Positions 26,101 to 37,719 of a DNA stretch of 64,000 nucleotides are shown here, one piece after another (the stretch's first letter is position 1; each line of letters starts with the position of its first letter). A model generated the notes under the pieces. It searched no databases and was not told where the DNA came from. It saw nothing but the letters and a program-made list of their open reading frames with translations. A program made the position numbers and the translations under genes. Origin of the DNA: Macrostomum lignano (lineage: Eukaryota); the NCBI GenBank assembly GCA_002269645.1, contig NIVC01000100.1, positions 558,001-622,000 of the forward strand, in the 5' to 3' direction.

Positions 26101-29100
26101 ACCGTCAGTTGATTAGGCAGAGACAGTCGCCAAGCCTCTCGTTCAGTTGCATCTTTAGGAAACGAAAATACTGCAACATTCCGATCACGGTTGCTATTTT
26201 AGTTTGCACAACAGAAAATGACGCTGAATTTTCTCGGCATGATATTTAGTTTTAGCAAGAATAAAAGTTCTCTCTCTCAAATGCAAGTGCATGCGAAGAA
26301 CTCAATTTTCAGCTCAGATTTCTTCGCTTTTGTAGCTTTGGATGGGCCATAGAACAATGCTTTTAAACGAGCCTCTTACTTTTTTCGCCATGAATTGGCT
26401 CGTTTCCGGTCCTGAGATATCAAGTTGTCCTTGGCGAAAACACTATCATGTCCCTGCTGCCTCAACAGCTTTTACCATAGACATCAAGCTGTGGCTTGAT
26501 AGCTATGCGTTTATGAAACCCAGTCATGGAAAAGCAGTCAAAGCCGCAGCTAAAAAGCCGTTAGCTGTATTTGCAGTTAGCAGTTTTTTGCCATAGAAAA
26601 GACTCAGACGATATAACTTTGCCTGCTAGCTGGTGGCATTTCTAAAAGAATATAAGATCGATTGGTTTGTGAATCAACTTCGGACAGAACGCATGCTTGG
26701 TCGATTTGTAACTCGGCAAGTTAAGAAGGTGAGTGCTGAAAAACAAGAAAATTATCATCTCGCTGTTACACTTTGCAGAGATCTCCTTTAGCTGTTCATG
26801 TGTAGGCAGTATAGAGGAAACCTCTCTGACCACTACAATTGTTGCGCAATGCAACTGAACCATAACAGCCACGTTAAAGCAGACGTGCTTTTGAAAGGTA
26901 ATCAGCCTAATGCTAATTTGTTATATCTTTGTTGGTATCTATACCCCTTTGCTGCATAAGCGAGACTGTAGGAATGCAAAAACTTGTTCGTTCAAGCTAG
27001 CAAAATTTATGCCCACCAATTGACGCTGGCCTGTCAAAGAACCGAGCCATTCGTTTAAACAACTGTCTGCTGAAGCATGGCTTAAATAAGCTGACCGAGT
27101 TTGTTAGTTTAGTTTAAGCATTGCAAGTGTCGTCACCCTCCCAAATTCTTCTTGCGCATAAGCATAGCGCAAAAGCTTAGTCAGTTAGTTGTAAGGGGAT
27201 TTTGTCCCAGACGAAAAAATCAAGGCGAAAGTCGACCGAAAGGAGACAAGCAGTCGTGCATGCTGATTTCGCTGACAACTGAGCGCGTACATGCTCACAT
27301 ATGGAGTACAGCGGTCCTGAGTTTCTCATCGTCAGGCAGTGTACACACTGCACCTCTTGGGTGTTGGTTGGGCCTCGTGGGTGTAAATCGCAGCCCCAAA
27401 TCAATGTGGGCTCCGCGCAAGGAACCGAACCTGGTACTTTGGCACAAGTGATTTGCTTTTTAGATAGATGGAATTTTTATCATACATTTTAGCCATTATC
27501 CTCAATTGAGATTCGTGCCTGAAAAGAGGGGATAATTAGTAGTCATCTATTTATTTGAATGCAAGTAGTGGACCAGAAGTTCTACCCTGGAGCAGGGGAG
27601 TTGCCTCCTACACTGGGGAGTTGCCTCCTAGACAGGGGGTTGCTACCTGAACTGGGGAGTTGCTACCTGGACTGGGGAGTTGCTACCTGGACTGGGGAGT
27701 TGCCTTCTAGACTGGGAGTTGCATCCTGAACTGGGAGAGTTGCATCCTGGACTGGGAGAGTTGCATCCTGGACTGGGAGAGTTGCATCCTGGACTGGGAG
27801 TGTTGCATCCTGGACTGGGAGAGTTGCATCCTGGACTGGGGGTGTTGCATCCTGGACTGGGAGAGTTGCATCCTGGACTGGGAGAGTTGCATCCTCGACT
27901 GGAAGAGTTGCATCCTGGACTGGGAGCACCCAGGACTGGGAGTTGCACCCTGGAGCGGGGGAGTTGCATCCTAGACTGGGAGAGTTGCATCCTGGACTGG
28001 GAGAGTTGCATCCTGAACTTGAGAAGTTGCCTTTTTAGACTCGGGAGTTGCATCCTGAATTGGGAGAGTTGCATCGTGGACTGGGAGGGTGGTATCCTGA
28101 ACTTGGGGAGTTGCCTTCTAGACTGGGGAGTTGCATCCTGAACTGGGAGGGTTGTATCCTGAACTTGGGGGGTTGCCTTCTAGACTGGGAGTTGCATCCT
28201 GAACTGGGAGAGTTGCATCCTGGACTGGGAGAGTTGCATCCTGGACTGGGAGAGTTGCATCCTGGACTGGGAGAGTTGCGTCCTGGACTGGGAGAGTTGC
28301 ATCCTGGACTGGGGGAGTTGCATCCTGGACTGGGAGAGTTGCATCCTGGACTGGGAGTTGCATCCTGGACTGGGAGAGTTGCATCCTGGACTGGGAGAGT
28401 TGCATCCTGGACTGGGAGTTGCATCCTGGACTGGATGAGTTGCATCCTGGACTGGGAGAGTTGCATCCTGGACTGGGAGTTGCATCCTGGACTGGGAGAG
28501 TTGCATCCTAGACTGGGAGAGTTGCATCCTGGACTGGGGGAGTTGCATCCTGGACTGGGAGAGTTGCATCCTGGACTGGGAGTTGCATCCTGGACTGGGA
28601 GAGTTGCATCCTCGACTGGGAGTTGCATCCTAGACTGGGAGAGTTGCATCCTGGACTGGGAGAGTTGCATCCTGGACTGGGAGAGTTGCATCCTGGACTG
28701 GGAGAGTTGCATCCTGGACTGGGAGAGTTGCATCCTGGACTGGAAGTTGCATCCTAGACTGGGAGAGTTGCATCCTGGACTGGGAGAGTTGCATCCTGGA
28801 CTGGGAGTTGCATCCTGGACTGGGAGTTGCATCCTAGACTGGGAGAGTTGCATCCTGGACTGGGAGAGTTGCATCCTGGACTGGGAGTTGCATCCTGGAC
28901 TGGGAGCACCCAGGACTGGACTGGGAGCATCCTGCACCCTGGAGCGGACTGGGAGTTGCCGCTAGACTGATAATTTGAAAGGATAGCATTAAAAGATCAA
29001 CGCTTAGCACGGCAATTTACAAAGAAACACATGTTACAAATATTTCCATCCAGGCCGAATTAACACTAGACTGTGGCTTCAGTTCAACGCCACCCAGGCC

Positions 29101-30633
29101 CAGTTACTACCGTCGCTAACGTCGTCAAACGGCGATTTAAACCGACTGGTGAAAGCGGAGCTGCACTTCTTTCTAAAGCCACGCTCGCAACTTGGTCACG
29201 GGGACAGAAAGGAGGGTGTATCAGCTTCTACAGTCAGCGGGGTCATGCACCGAGTTGTTATCGTTGATCGGTCACGTCGCAAACGCCGTCATCGAAAGCG
29301 CCGTCGCCGCCGACGCCGCCGTCGTAGGCGACATGGTCGAATCGATCAAAGAAGACCAATTCGCCCGCGCCGCCGCCTCCGTCTGCTTGGTCGATTCTCT
29401 GTAGTGCAAAATTTTAAGCATAGACGACACAGAAAGCGCCAAATTCGCGACGCTTGGCAGAGAGTGGAAATCACGCAGACTCTTCTTCGGCACTTGAAAT
29501 CCGCGGCAAGGCGTCGAAAACGAGGGCATTCATCGGAGCAGTTCTTGTTGACGCTGAGCTTTGAAAAACGAAAATCGAATGGCAAAGTGAGAGGTGTCTC
29601 GCTACAACGCTTTCTGGCCGTTGACGGTAGCAGGGCGCCGTTTCTCACGCTGCAGATCTCGCCAGGCTCGAAGTCGCCACCCAATTTGATGCAATTGCGG
29701 CCGACTGGTCTGCAGAAAACGCGCCAACGTCGAGACGCGCAGCGGCTTCTGCCAAATTCTTTGAACCGAATGAAGAACAGGGACTTTTTTAATTTGACGC
29801 GAGAAGCTGAGCAGCCATGCCATGCTGTGCCCCATCGATTGCATTTTGCGGACCTAGGCTGGAGCGGATGGATACTGCGGCCTGAGTCGGCACCATTTGG
29901 AGCCTGCATTGGCACCTGTGGACCGGAGGTTTGTTAAAATCGAGCTCAATTTATAATTTCTGTTATCGCACAAAGTATTACACCGTAGCGAGTGTTCATC
30001 TGTGATTTTGTATAGTTTATACAATGTTTGTACTATTGTACAATGTTAGCATGATACTATTGGAGCGGGGAGAACCGGAGCTACAGCCGATCAGAAACAA
30101 GGACAGAATGTGCTAACTTGCAGTTGTAGGTGATGCCTTTCATAACTTTCTTAACTAGTTATTGATTCAGTATGGTTAGACACTGGACCTTGGTTCGAAT
30201 TCCATTTCGATGCTTAGGTTCCAATCTCCGTTTGTCGAGTACAGCGTTTCCCATGTGGCCAGATTCAGCTGTGGTAGATAATCACTATTAACTTGCCCTT
30301 TTGTATAAATTTAATTTCAGTTATTTATATAAATTAACGAAAAAAGTACTGTTAAATCCATGTGAATTACAGACTCCTGGAGCAAGCAACCACGCTGCAA
30401 TCAGTGCCGTCTTGCAACGATCCAAGGTCCGTGATGCGTCTTATTCGTTGCAAACAGCCGACAGCGATAAAGTGCCCATCAAAGGAGGCCCTCTTCAATA
30501 CTTTCCACCTTCGCCGTGCTGCGTCCCTGTGGTTTCTATGGCAACGCCTCTCGTTTTTCTCGACACAGAAACTGGCGACGGTGTACTGAGAATGTTCAAC
30601 GATTTTGAGATAACAGATTGCGCTTGCAGATAA
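23107..30633 (+). CDS. TGF-beta superfamily ligand (BMP-like), 3 exons, about 445 aa
   Basis: Exons 23107-23308, 29054-29928, 30373-30633 join in frame. Signal peptide MSPNTKILLLLLVLAFGICCS; furin site RQRR; 7-Cys knot CHAV..LGWSGWI..P..ACIGTC..NHA..PCCVP..CACR. Confidence 0.92.
24498..26433 (-). mobile_element. Internally deleted P-element/THAP9-like DNA transposon
   Basis: About 80-bp near-perfect TIRs starting CAAGGACAACTTGATA; 8-bp TSD GCTAAAAC/GCGAAAAC; 72-bp tandem duplication at 26020-26165. Confidence 0.88.
24845..25946 (-). pseudogene. THAP-domain P transposase, N-terminal half, disrupted
   Basis: CAKHW..P.HPPSVF (THAP-like); LPLPHQGTLR, CVLISDEMYV and VLAIMLKPL (P transposase motifs); split across frames. 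Confidence 0.8.
27585..28965. repeat. 19/21-nt minisatellite (ctggactgggagagttgcatc) in the first TGF-beta intron
   Basis: More than 60 tandem units. Confidence 0.95.
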
Positions 30634-32282
30634 CAAGCGATCTGTGACGCCCAAAATAGTCTAAACTCAAATGAACAGAAAATCATCTTAAATGAGACAT
30701 AGTATGTAAAATTAAATCCAGGTAGGGGTAGAACTTATAGAAATTAATTCAATTAACTTTGAAAAACTTTGAACGCTCGCAATTAGCGTATTTATTATGG
30801 GTATTGACTTTTAGCTCGTATTCTTAGGTACTACTTGTTAAACGAGCTTACATAACCCGAGTTCAACAATACATGTGTAGCTTCACAAAGTTAACAGCCT
30901 TCTGGAATTTCAAGCAATCTATCCCGACAGACGCATTTCGCGGCCTGTAGCTTTTTGACACCATTGAAAATCAAAAAATTCCTATTAACCTTCGAATGAC
31001 AATTGCACGCTGATTTTAGTTTGCAAACGACAAAATAAAACAGCAGAAAAGTATTTTTGCGCACTGACTCAAACGCATACCATAAAACCTTTGTTATTTG
31101 CAAAAATCGTCTTTTTTTTAAAAACGCGGAATGAAAAGCGGTATATGTACTGAGCCATTGCTACTAGAAGTATTTTACACGGTATTTGGCAGTGTGAGAT
31201 AAAAACACGAAAGCCCTGCGGGCAGTGAACAGTATATTTATTGGCATCAATGTACAAATAAAGCGAGTTGTACATTCCTGTATTAAAAGCGAAAATAATT
31301 CAGTAATATTTATGAGTGTGCCTCTAATACAACGAGTAGACATTACATTTACAAGTAAACTGTAGCCGTCAATCCTCTGGACAATTACCTGGCATCGTAA
31401 AATCTAAGAACCACCCCAGAGCTACCTCTTCACCTAGTTAAGACGAAACAATTTGTCCTTGTGAACCTATGGACTACCAGAAAATTAAGGATCAGGTAAG
31501 TTGGCCTGACTTTAGGGTTTTCCGCAGAATCGCGGGCACATAGTAAATTTACCTAACAGTCACTAAGTACCGAAATTAATTCTGGAACTTCAAACAGAAA
31601 TTTAATTTATCTGACTACCCCAACCTGCTTCGCTATCTCTCTGGATCACTCAATTCATATATTCTGCCTGTAAATCCTGTGTTGGGTATTCCGTTGGCCA
31701 ACTCATTGGGTAATTCGTTGAGTCAACGAATTATCTTGTAATTTTGTTAAAATGATGGGTTTCGGCCTTCTCGGCTCCTTTGTGGAAGCCTTCGGGCCTC
31801 AGGTCTCAGAAATGAATCCATTAGAGTCCTGGGCCCCCACTCCTGTCAGATGGTCAGCCCCATGGTAGCTTGATCTGTGGCGAGCAGTCTAGGTCCTATA
31901 GCTAAGAGAGGGACAGCGAGAGACAAGCAGGAGAATTTAAAGGTAGAGATCAGCTAATCCGCAGATTAACTAACCCGATGCCACCAGCCCGTGTGTCCTG
32001 GCTCACCAAACCGGAACTTTCGAAATCGGGCTTCCGACTAGAGGGGGCTTGTGTAGTGCTTGCGCGAGCCCAATTTATATGTACATCGGCCTTGCATACA
32101 GTATGTACAATTCATGCATTTCAAGTGCGGCGATTCTCTACCCCCCACTCGGGTGGCGTGATTTTATCCATAGTCAAAATAAATAAATATCGATCAGCCC
32201 ACTTAGCAGGGCTCCACCTTTCGTCTCAGCAAACTCCGGCCTTTCTTACTATAGCCATTACATTGGCGTCGCAAGAGCGAGC

Positions 32283-34320
32283 CATGGCCTTGCAACTGCC
32301 GCCCCCAGCATCATTCAGCATTAGAGAAGACCCACACACAGTCAGCAAACGTTGGCAAGAATGGGCTGACAACCTACAGCGCTACCTGGCAGCCAGCGGC
32401 ATCACCAATGAGGCCCAAAAGCGAGAAATTCTGCTCTACACGGCCGGAAAGGAATCAGCGACATGTACAAAGAGATCGCTAACAGCGAAACTATCGCAGA
32501 AGGCCAAAGTGCAAATATTTCAACACTTATCGAGACTTTCAACAAACAGTTTAAAAACCGCGACAATGTCGTCTTCATCAGATACCAATTCCGGAATTGC
32601 CTTCAACAGGATGTCGAACAGATCGACGCATGGTACAGCAGACTGTGGAGCGCATCAGAAGCGTGCCAGTTTGGAAACCTGCACCAGACTTTTGGAGTCA
32701 CTGATTCGATATCAAATCGTGGCCTGTTGCCGCAGCGATGCCCTCAGGAAGCGACTCTTAAACGTGCCAAACATCAGTCTCGCAGACACTCTACAGCTGG
32801 CAAGAACTGGAACTGGAAGAACTGGAAACCTGCACCAGACTTTTGGAGTCACTGATTCGATATCAAATCGTGGCCTGTTGCCGCAGCGATGCCCTCAGGA
32901 AGCGACTCTTAAACGTGCCAAACATCAGTCTCGCAGACACTCTACAGCTGGCAAGAACTCACGAGGCTGCCGAAAAGCAAGCCGCCATCATGTCAAAAAG
33001 TGCTGCCACCTCCGAAGACGTCAACATGCTGCGTCGCCGCCAGCCAGGTGGGTCAGCCCACGAGCCGCCAAATACTAACAGCAAATGCATCCGCTGCGGA
33101 GAGTCTGGACACCGAAGCTGCAACAAGGCCCAGGGCAAGAAGTGCGATAGTTGTGGCAAGATGAACCACCTCGCTAAGGCCTGTCTCAGTAGCCGTTCGC
33201 GCATCAACGCACTTGGCCACGACTCGGACGAGCCGACCGACCAGTCATACGAGGAAGTGTTCTGCACGCTGGAAGACAAGAACGGGAGCGCAAAGTTCGT
33301 CATCAGCATCAACGGCCACGCAGTCAGGGCGCTCATCGACAGCGGAGCGAGCTGCAACGTGCTCGAACTGTGCACCTTCAGGCGGATCAACAACCCGGAC
33401 ACCAGGATCGAGCCCTGCAGCACAAGGGTTTTCCCACTTGGCGCAAGCCAACCGCTGGCCGTTGAGGGACAAGCCAGGCTAGGCTGGTCGTGACGGCAAA
33501 CGGGCACAAGCTGCAGCCGAACTTCATCATCATAAAAAGCAGCTGCACCCCCATCATCGGGAGACAGACCAGCACCGAGCTCGGCATGCTACAGGTCGGC
33601 CCAGCAGCCAACAAGAAACCCGTATTCGCGGCCAGTCTCACCGGGTCACGAAGCATCAATGACCAGCACCCGACCGACAACCCGCAGCTGAAAAGCATCC
33701 TGACCGAATTCGAGGATCGATTTCACGGCATCGGCTGCGTCAAAGGCGTCCGCGTCTCCATCAAGCTGCGCCCCGATGCCACGCCAACATGCCAAGCACC
33801 ATCACGCGTGCCAGTGCACCTCAGAGACGCCGTCAGAAAAGAGCTGGAAGAGCAGCTTGCTCAGGGCATCATCGAGCGTGTCCACGGACCTACAGCATGG
33901 TGCTCGAGAATGGTGGCTGTTCCAAAAGACGACAAGGGACGAATCCGCATCACCCAGGATCTACGCGAGGTCAACAAATTCGCAATTCTCGAGAAGCAAC
34001 CGATTCCCAAATTTGAGGAAGTTACGGACGAGATGGCAAGATCAACATGTTTCTCAGAGTTAGATGTCGCCAAGGCCTTTCACTAGGCCTTGAGACCACA
34101 TCGCGGCTGCGAGACCACAACATCACCCTTAACCCGGCGAAGTGCAGGTTCGCGCAGCAAGAAGTCGACTTCCTCGCCATGCGCCTCACAGCAGCCGGAA
34201 TCCATCCCAGCACGGAGAAGGTGGCGGCCATCAACTGCTTCAAAAGACCGACCAACGCTACCGAGGTCAGGTCCTTCCTCGGCCTCGTCCCCTTTGTCGC
34301 TCGCTTCATTAGCAACCTAT
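32283..34320 (+). pseudogene. gypsy gag-pro-RT remnant with frameshifts and deletion
   Basis: WQEWADNLQRYL (gag), ALIDSGASC, WCSRMVAVPK..RITQDLREVNK, LDVAKAFH, KCRFAQQEVDFL, EVRSFLGLV. Confidence 0.85.
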
Positions 34321-34471
34321 GCCGAAAATATTATCAGCCCGGCCGATTTCATAAAATACAGCTAACGGCTTTTTAGCTGCGGCTTTGACTGCTTTTCCAT
34401 GACTGGGTTTCATAAACGCACAGCTATCAAGCCACAGCTTGATGTCTATGGTAAAAGCCGTTGAGGCAGCA

Positions 34472-36542
34472 GGGAAATGGGGGGTTAACTGGAAGAGAGA
34501 ACTCCAGGCAACGGCCAAAGCCACGAGCGGCGCTAGCCGCGAGTGGAAATTTGGCCGTTGCCTGGAGTTCTCTCTTCCAGTTAACTTCATTGCAGGAAAT
34601 ATCTATGGCACGAATCGAAGTGGCCCAGAAGGAGGAGGCACAAACGTCTATGGCACGAAAGCCAAAAGGCGTGGAGAGTTCATGGCAATGACAATCCTAT
34701 TGATTGAATGGAGGGTTGAAATGTCTATGGCAAAACTTTCAGTGGGGGTGAAGGGGTTTGTGTGAGGGATTCCTAGGCAGTAAGTAGTCTGTCCAAACCT
34801 GTTGATTCAAGAGTTTTCTGTCCATCATGAGCGACCCGATAATACATTATATTAATTGGGGTAACCTCCCGTGTGAGGACCTCGGCAACATCACGCAGGA
34901 TGAACTGAACTTCCTCTCGGAATCCTCTGCCGTTGATCGGCACGACGAAGATTTCGATGCGTTCCTGAAGTATGTCCAAAATGGTCCAGCTGATACTGGG
35001 CTGCCAATGATCGATGGAGATGAAAAGATAGACGTTTCCGAGATGGACAGAATCGAGATCGAGAGTCTGCCTGAGGATACTCGGAAGCAGATGTACCAGC
35101 ATGGCCAACGTTTTCGAGACTTCCTGGAAGGGGAGAATCTGCGCAACATTCAGCATGTCAACAATCCTACATTGAGCCAATATCTTCGGTACTTCTACTT
35201 CAAGCTGAAGAAACAGGATGGCTCGTTCTACTCGCCGGCCTCTCTCATCTGTATCCGGGCTGGAATTCAGCGTTTCCTACGCATGGTTCTGAAGCTGCCT
35301 GTCGATATAATCGGTGGTGAGGAATTCAATTCCTGCAACGAGATGCTGCGTGTCAAGGTTCGTGATTTCCATCGAGATGGTGGCTGCACCAGGCAGTATG
35401 AACCAATTGAAGAAGGCGACATGCAGAAGTTGCGGTGCTACTTTGAAGGGACTACGGCTGAAATCGAGCAGGCTAAATTTCTGTTCTATGTTCTTTACTC
35501 CTTTGGAGAGCGTGGCCAGGAGCATCTGAAGTTCCTGAGACAAAGGGACTCGCTTGAATTGCACACGGATTCTGACGGCAAGGAGTACTACTGTCTTCCT
35601 GCTCTGCCAACGAAGAATAAGTCAGCCGATCCTGTGAAGGCGAAGGCCAGGCCGGACAACAAACAAGCTCGGATCTACGACACGGCCAAAGTGAGGAGAT
35701 ATCTACAACTGCTACCTCCAACAACCAAGGACAACCATCTGTTCCCGCGTCCACTATCCAACACGGATTCCAATGGACAGCCTATGTTCTCAACAAAGCA
35801 GAATCGCGGGGAGAACTACTTCCTGCGTTTCATGCGAAACTTGAGCGAGAAGGCCGGTTTGTCCAAGATGTACACGAATCATTGCATTCGGTAAGCCTTT
35901 TTCTTCATATTGCTTTAAACCAGTTGCATATTTTCTATGCAATACTTTATTTCTGTTGTAGAGTGAGCAGGATTGCTGATCTAGAGGCTGCTGGGTACAA
36001 CCTGGCTGACATCATGTCGATAACCGGTCAGGTTTCTGAGAGGACAACTCGCCGTTACCTGTCCAAGCGCCGTGATCGCTCGCTGCAGTCTACCAGTGAG
36101 GCTGTTTCTATGGCACTTGATTTGAATGGTTCTTCACAAGCTGTTGCGACTCCATTGCGTGAGAGTTCACCGGTGCCAGTACCTGTGTCGTCTTCCGTGC
36201 AGATCACCGGCATCAGTCATGACAATCCGTCGGTCAGGTACAGTTTCCACAACTGTTCATTCAATGGTTGCAAATTTGAGTAATGGACTCAACCGTCGTA
36301 TTTTCTGGACTTTCTCCTGCTGTCGTGATGAGAACATGACCATAGGTTAGACTTGCACTCAATTGACTAAGCAGTGTTATTGTTGGAACATTTTTTGTTG
36401 GACTTCAATAAATATAAGAATTTCACGCTTCGTGTTACTTTTTTCGCCTATGGTATTGTTGTCCAGTCTTGTTTTTTTACCTCCAGAAAATGGCCGGTCA
36501 TTGTCCGGAGGTCATTGCCATGAACAAATATTTCGGGCAATG
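34472..36542 (+). mobile_element. Crypton-like tyrosine-recombinase element nested in the Harbinger left end
   Basis: Imperfect 8-bp direct repeats GGGAAATG (34472) and GGGCAATG (36535). The related MITE near 26442-26460 has a single GGGACATG at this junction. Hairpins at both ends. Confidence 0.7.
34827..36283 (+). CDS. Crypton-A/DUF3504-like tyrosine recombinase, 2 exons (34827-35890, 35962-36283), about 461 aa
   Basis: YFYFKLKKQDGSFYSPASL..IRAGIQRFL; FGERGQE (R); TKN (K); YTNHCIR (HxxR); ITGQ; RRY (Y); a 71-nt GT-AG intron restores the frame. Confidence 0.88.
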
Positions 36543-36634
36543 ATAGTATTTTCGATTTCATAAAACTAGCCGTGTTTGAAGAGCAGTGTCTGTTTAGCAG
36601 TAAATTTCTAGCCAACCTCGAACACGACAAGCGA

Positions 36635-36925
36635 ATGAATTTTTTTCATTTACACGGTCTACTAAATGAGCAAGAAGGAAGACGAGCTCGAGTCTTCCTG
36701 GACAGGCGTAATTTCGCTGTTACTGCAGATTTTGTGCAGAGATTCTGGGGGACAATCTGCCCAATGCTACCCGGGCATTCAACAGGTCACTTAAAGTGAC
36801 TCGATCATTGGTTAAGCGAAGCATTGGCCTACTCAAACTCCGCTTTCCGTGCCTCCGATTTTTGCGAGTTTCGACGCCCGTGCTTGCTGCTGAGATCATA
36901 AAAACGTGTGTCGTTCTGCATATAT
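36635..36925 (+). pseudogene. Harbinger transposase remnant (N- and C-termini, DDE core deleted)
   Basis: RRARVFLDRRNF..FVQRF, then TRSLVKRSIGLLKLRFPCL and EIIKTCVVLH (HARBI1-like C-terminus). Confidence 0.75.
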
Positions 36926-37057
36926 TAGTTTTGTTCATTTCATTCTTAACTTTGTAACACAATCGTAAACAATTGAACAGCTGATAGCAGAACATGAAAT
37001 TTAGCAACGCGAAATGTAAAAACTAAAGACAGTTTCGTCATTACATGTACATACTCA

Positions 37058-37719
37058 TTAGAAATTATTCTGGTAAAGGATCGCTATCTCCAGCCTCAGT
37101 TTCTCATTTCGCAGACAAATGTTTTCCAACAGCAGCTCTTCTTTCTCGTCCTTGTCGCCGGTGCAGACAGCTTTACGCTTCAATAGCTTCCTTCCAGGCC
37201 TCGCATTTGTAGAAGAGGTCTCCCCGAGGAGTGCCATCATGGACGTCGAACTGCTTCGTTGACTCGGCGAGCCGCCAACGTTGTCGTGGCTCATCGACGT
37301 GGCCGACTCCAAGCTTCGTTGACTCGGCGAGTCGCCAACGTTCTCACTGCAATCATGAAAGATCTCCAAATCTTCGACGGCCGGCCTGGCCGTTCATGCC
37401 CACGCTTCCGCGACCAATAATATCCAGCACTAAGTTGTCAATTTCACTTAGCTGTTTCTCGTGGCCTCCACCGTTACCAGTCCTTCTCGATTCATCGACT
37501 TTCTTGAGTGCCGCCAGTCGTAGATTTTTCCATAGTGTGTCGCGCAACTGCATTATTGACTTGTTCACGCCTTGAGCGTCCAGGATGAACTTTATTTCCG
37601 TCCACGCTTGCAACTTTTTTTCATTTTCCGTCCGCTAGATCATTGAACTTCCCCATCAGCACGTCTCTTCTGCGTAGCATCTCCGTCAAAAAGATTTTCT
37701 TGCTCTCTGTCGAAACCAT
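37058..37719 (-). pseudogene. Harbinger Myb/SANT-like DNA-binding protein with frameshifts
   Basis: ESKKIFLTEML..DVLMGKF..K/KLQAWTEIK..QLRDTLWKNLR..RTGNGG; homopolymer indel near 37620. Confidence 0.75.

Larger units (their letters stand above)
24378..26572 (-). mobile_element. Harbinger-derived MITE (about 250 bp of its own sequence) interrupted by a P element
   Basis: 24378-24497 matches the reverse complement of the right end of the Harbinger at 34341-38006 (ggccgatttcataaaa...). 26442-26572 matches the reverse complement of its left end; the terminal TIR bases are missing. Confidence 0.8.

Noticed and set aside
24378-26572. Pack-Harbinger capturing a THAP transposase as cargo
   Set aside because: The inner segment has its own TIRs and an 8-bp TSD, so it is an independent P-element insertion
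1849-28965. Long repetitive ORFs (e.g. 5901-6407, 6893-7561, 9039-9779, 27643-28965) as proteins
   Set aside because: They are translations of intronic minisatellites whose units lack stops in some frames, often on both strands
29149-29937. Standalone protamine-like Arg-rich gene
   Set aside because: It is exon 2 of the TGF-beta ligand, spliced in frame to the signal peptide and cystine-knot exons
30150-30290. tRNA gene near tggttaga..ggttcgaattcc
   Set aside because: No cloverleaf could be built; at most a degenerate SINE head
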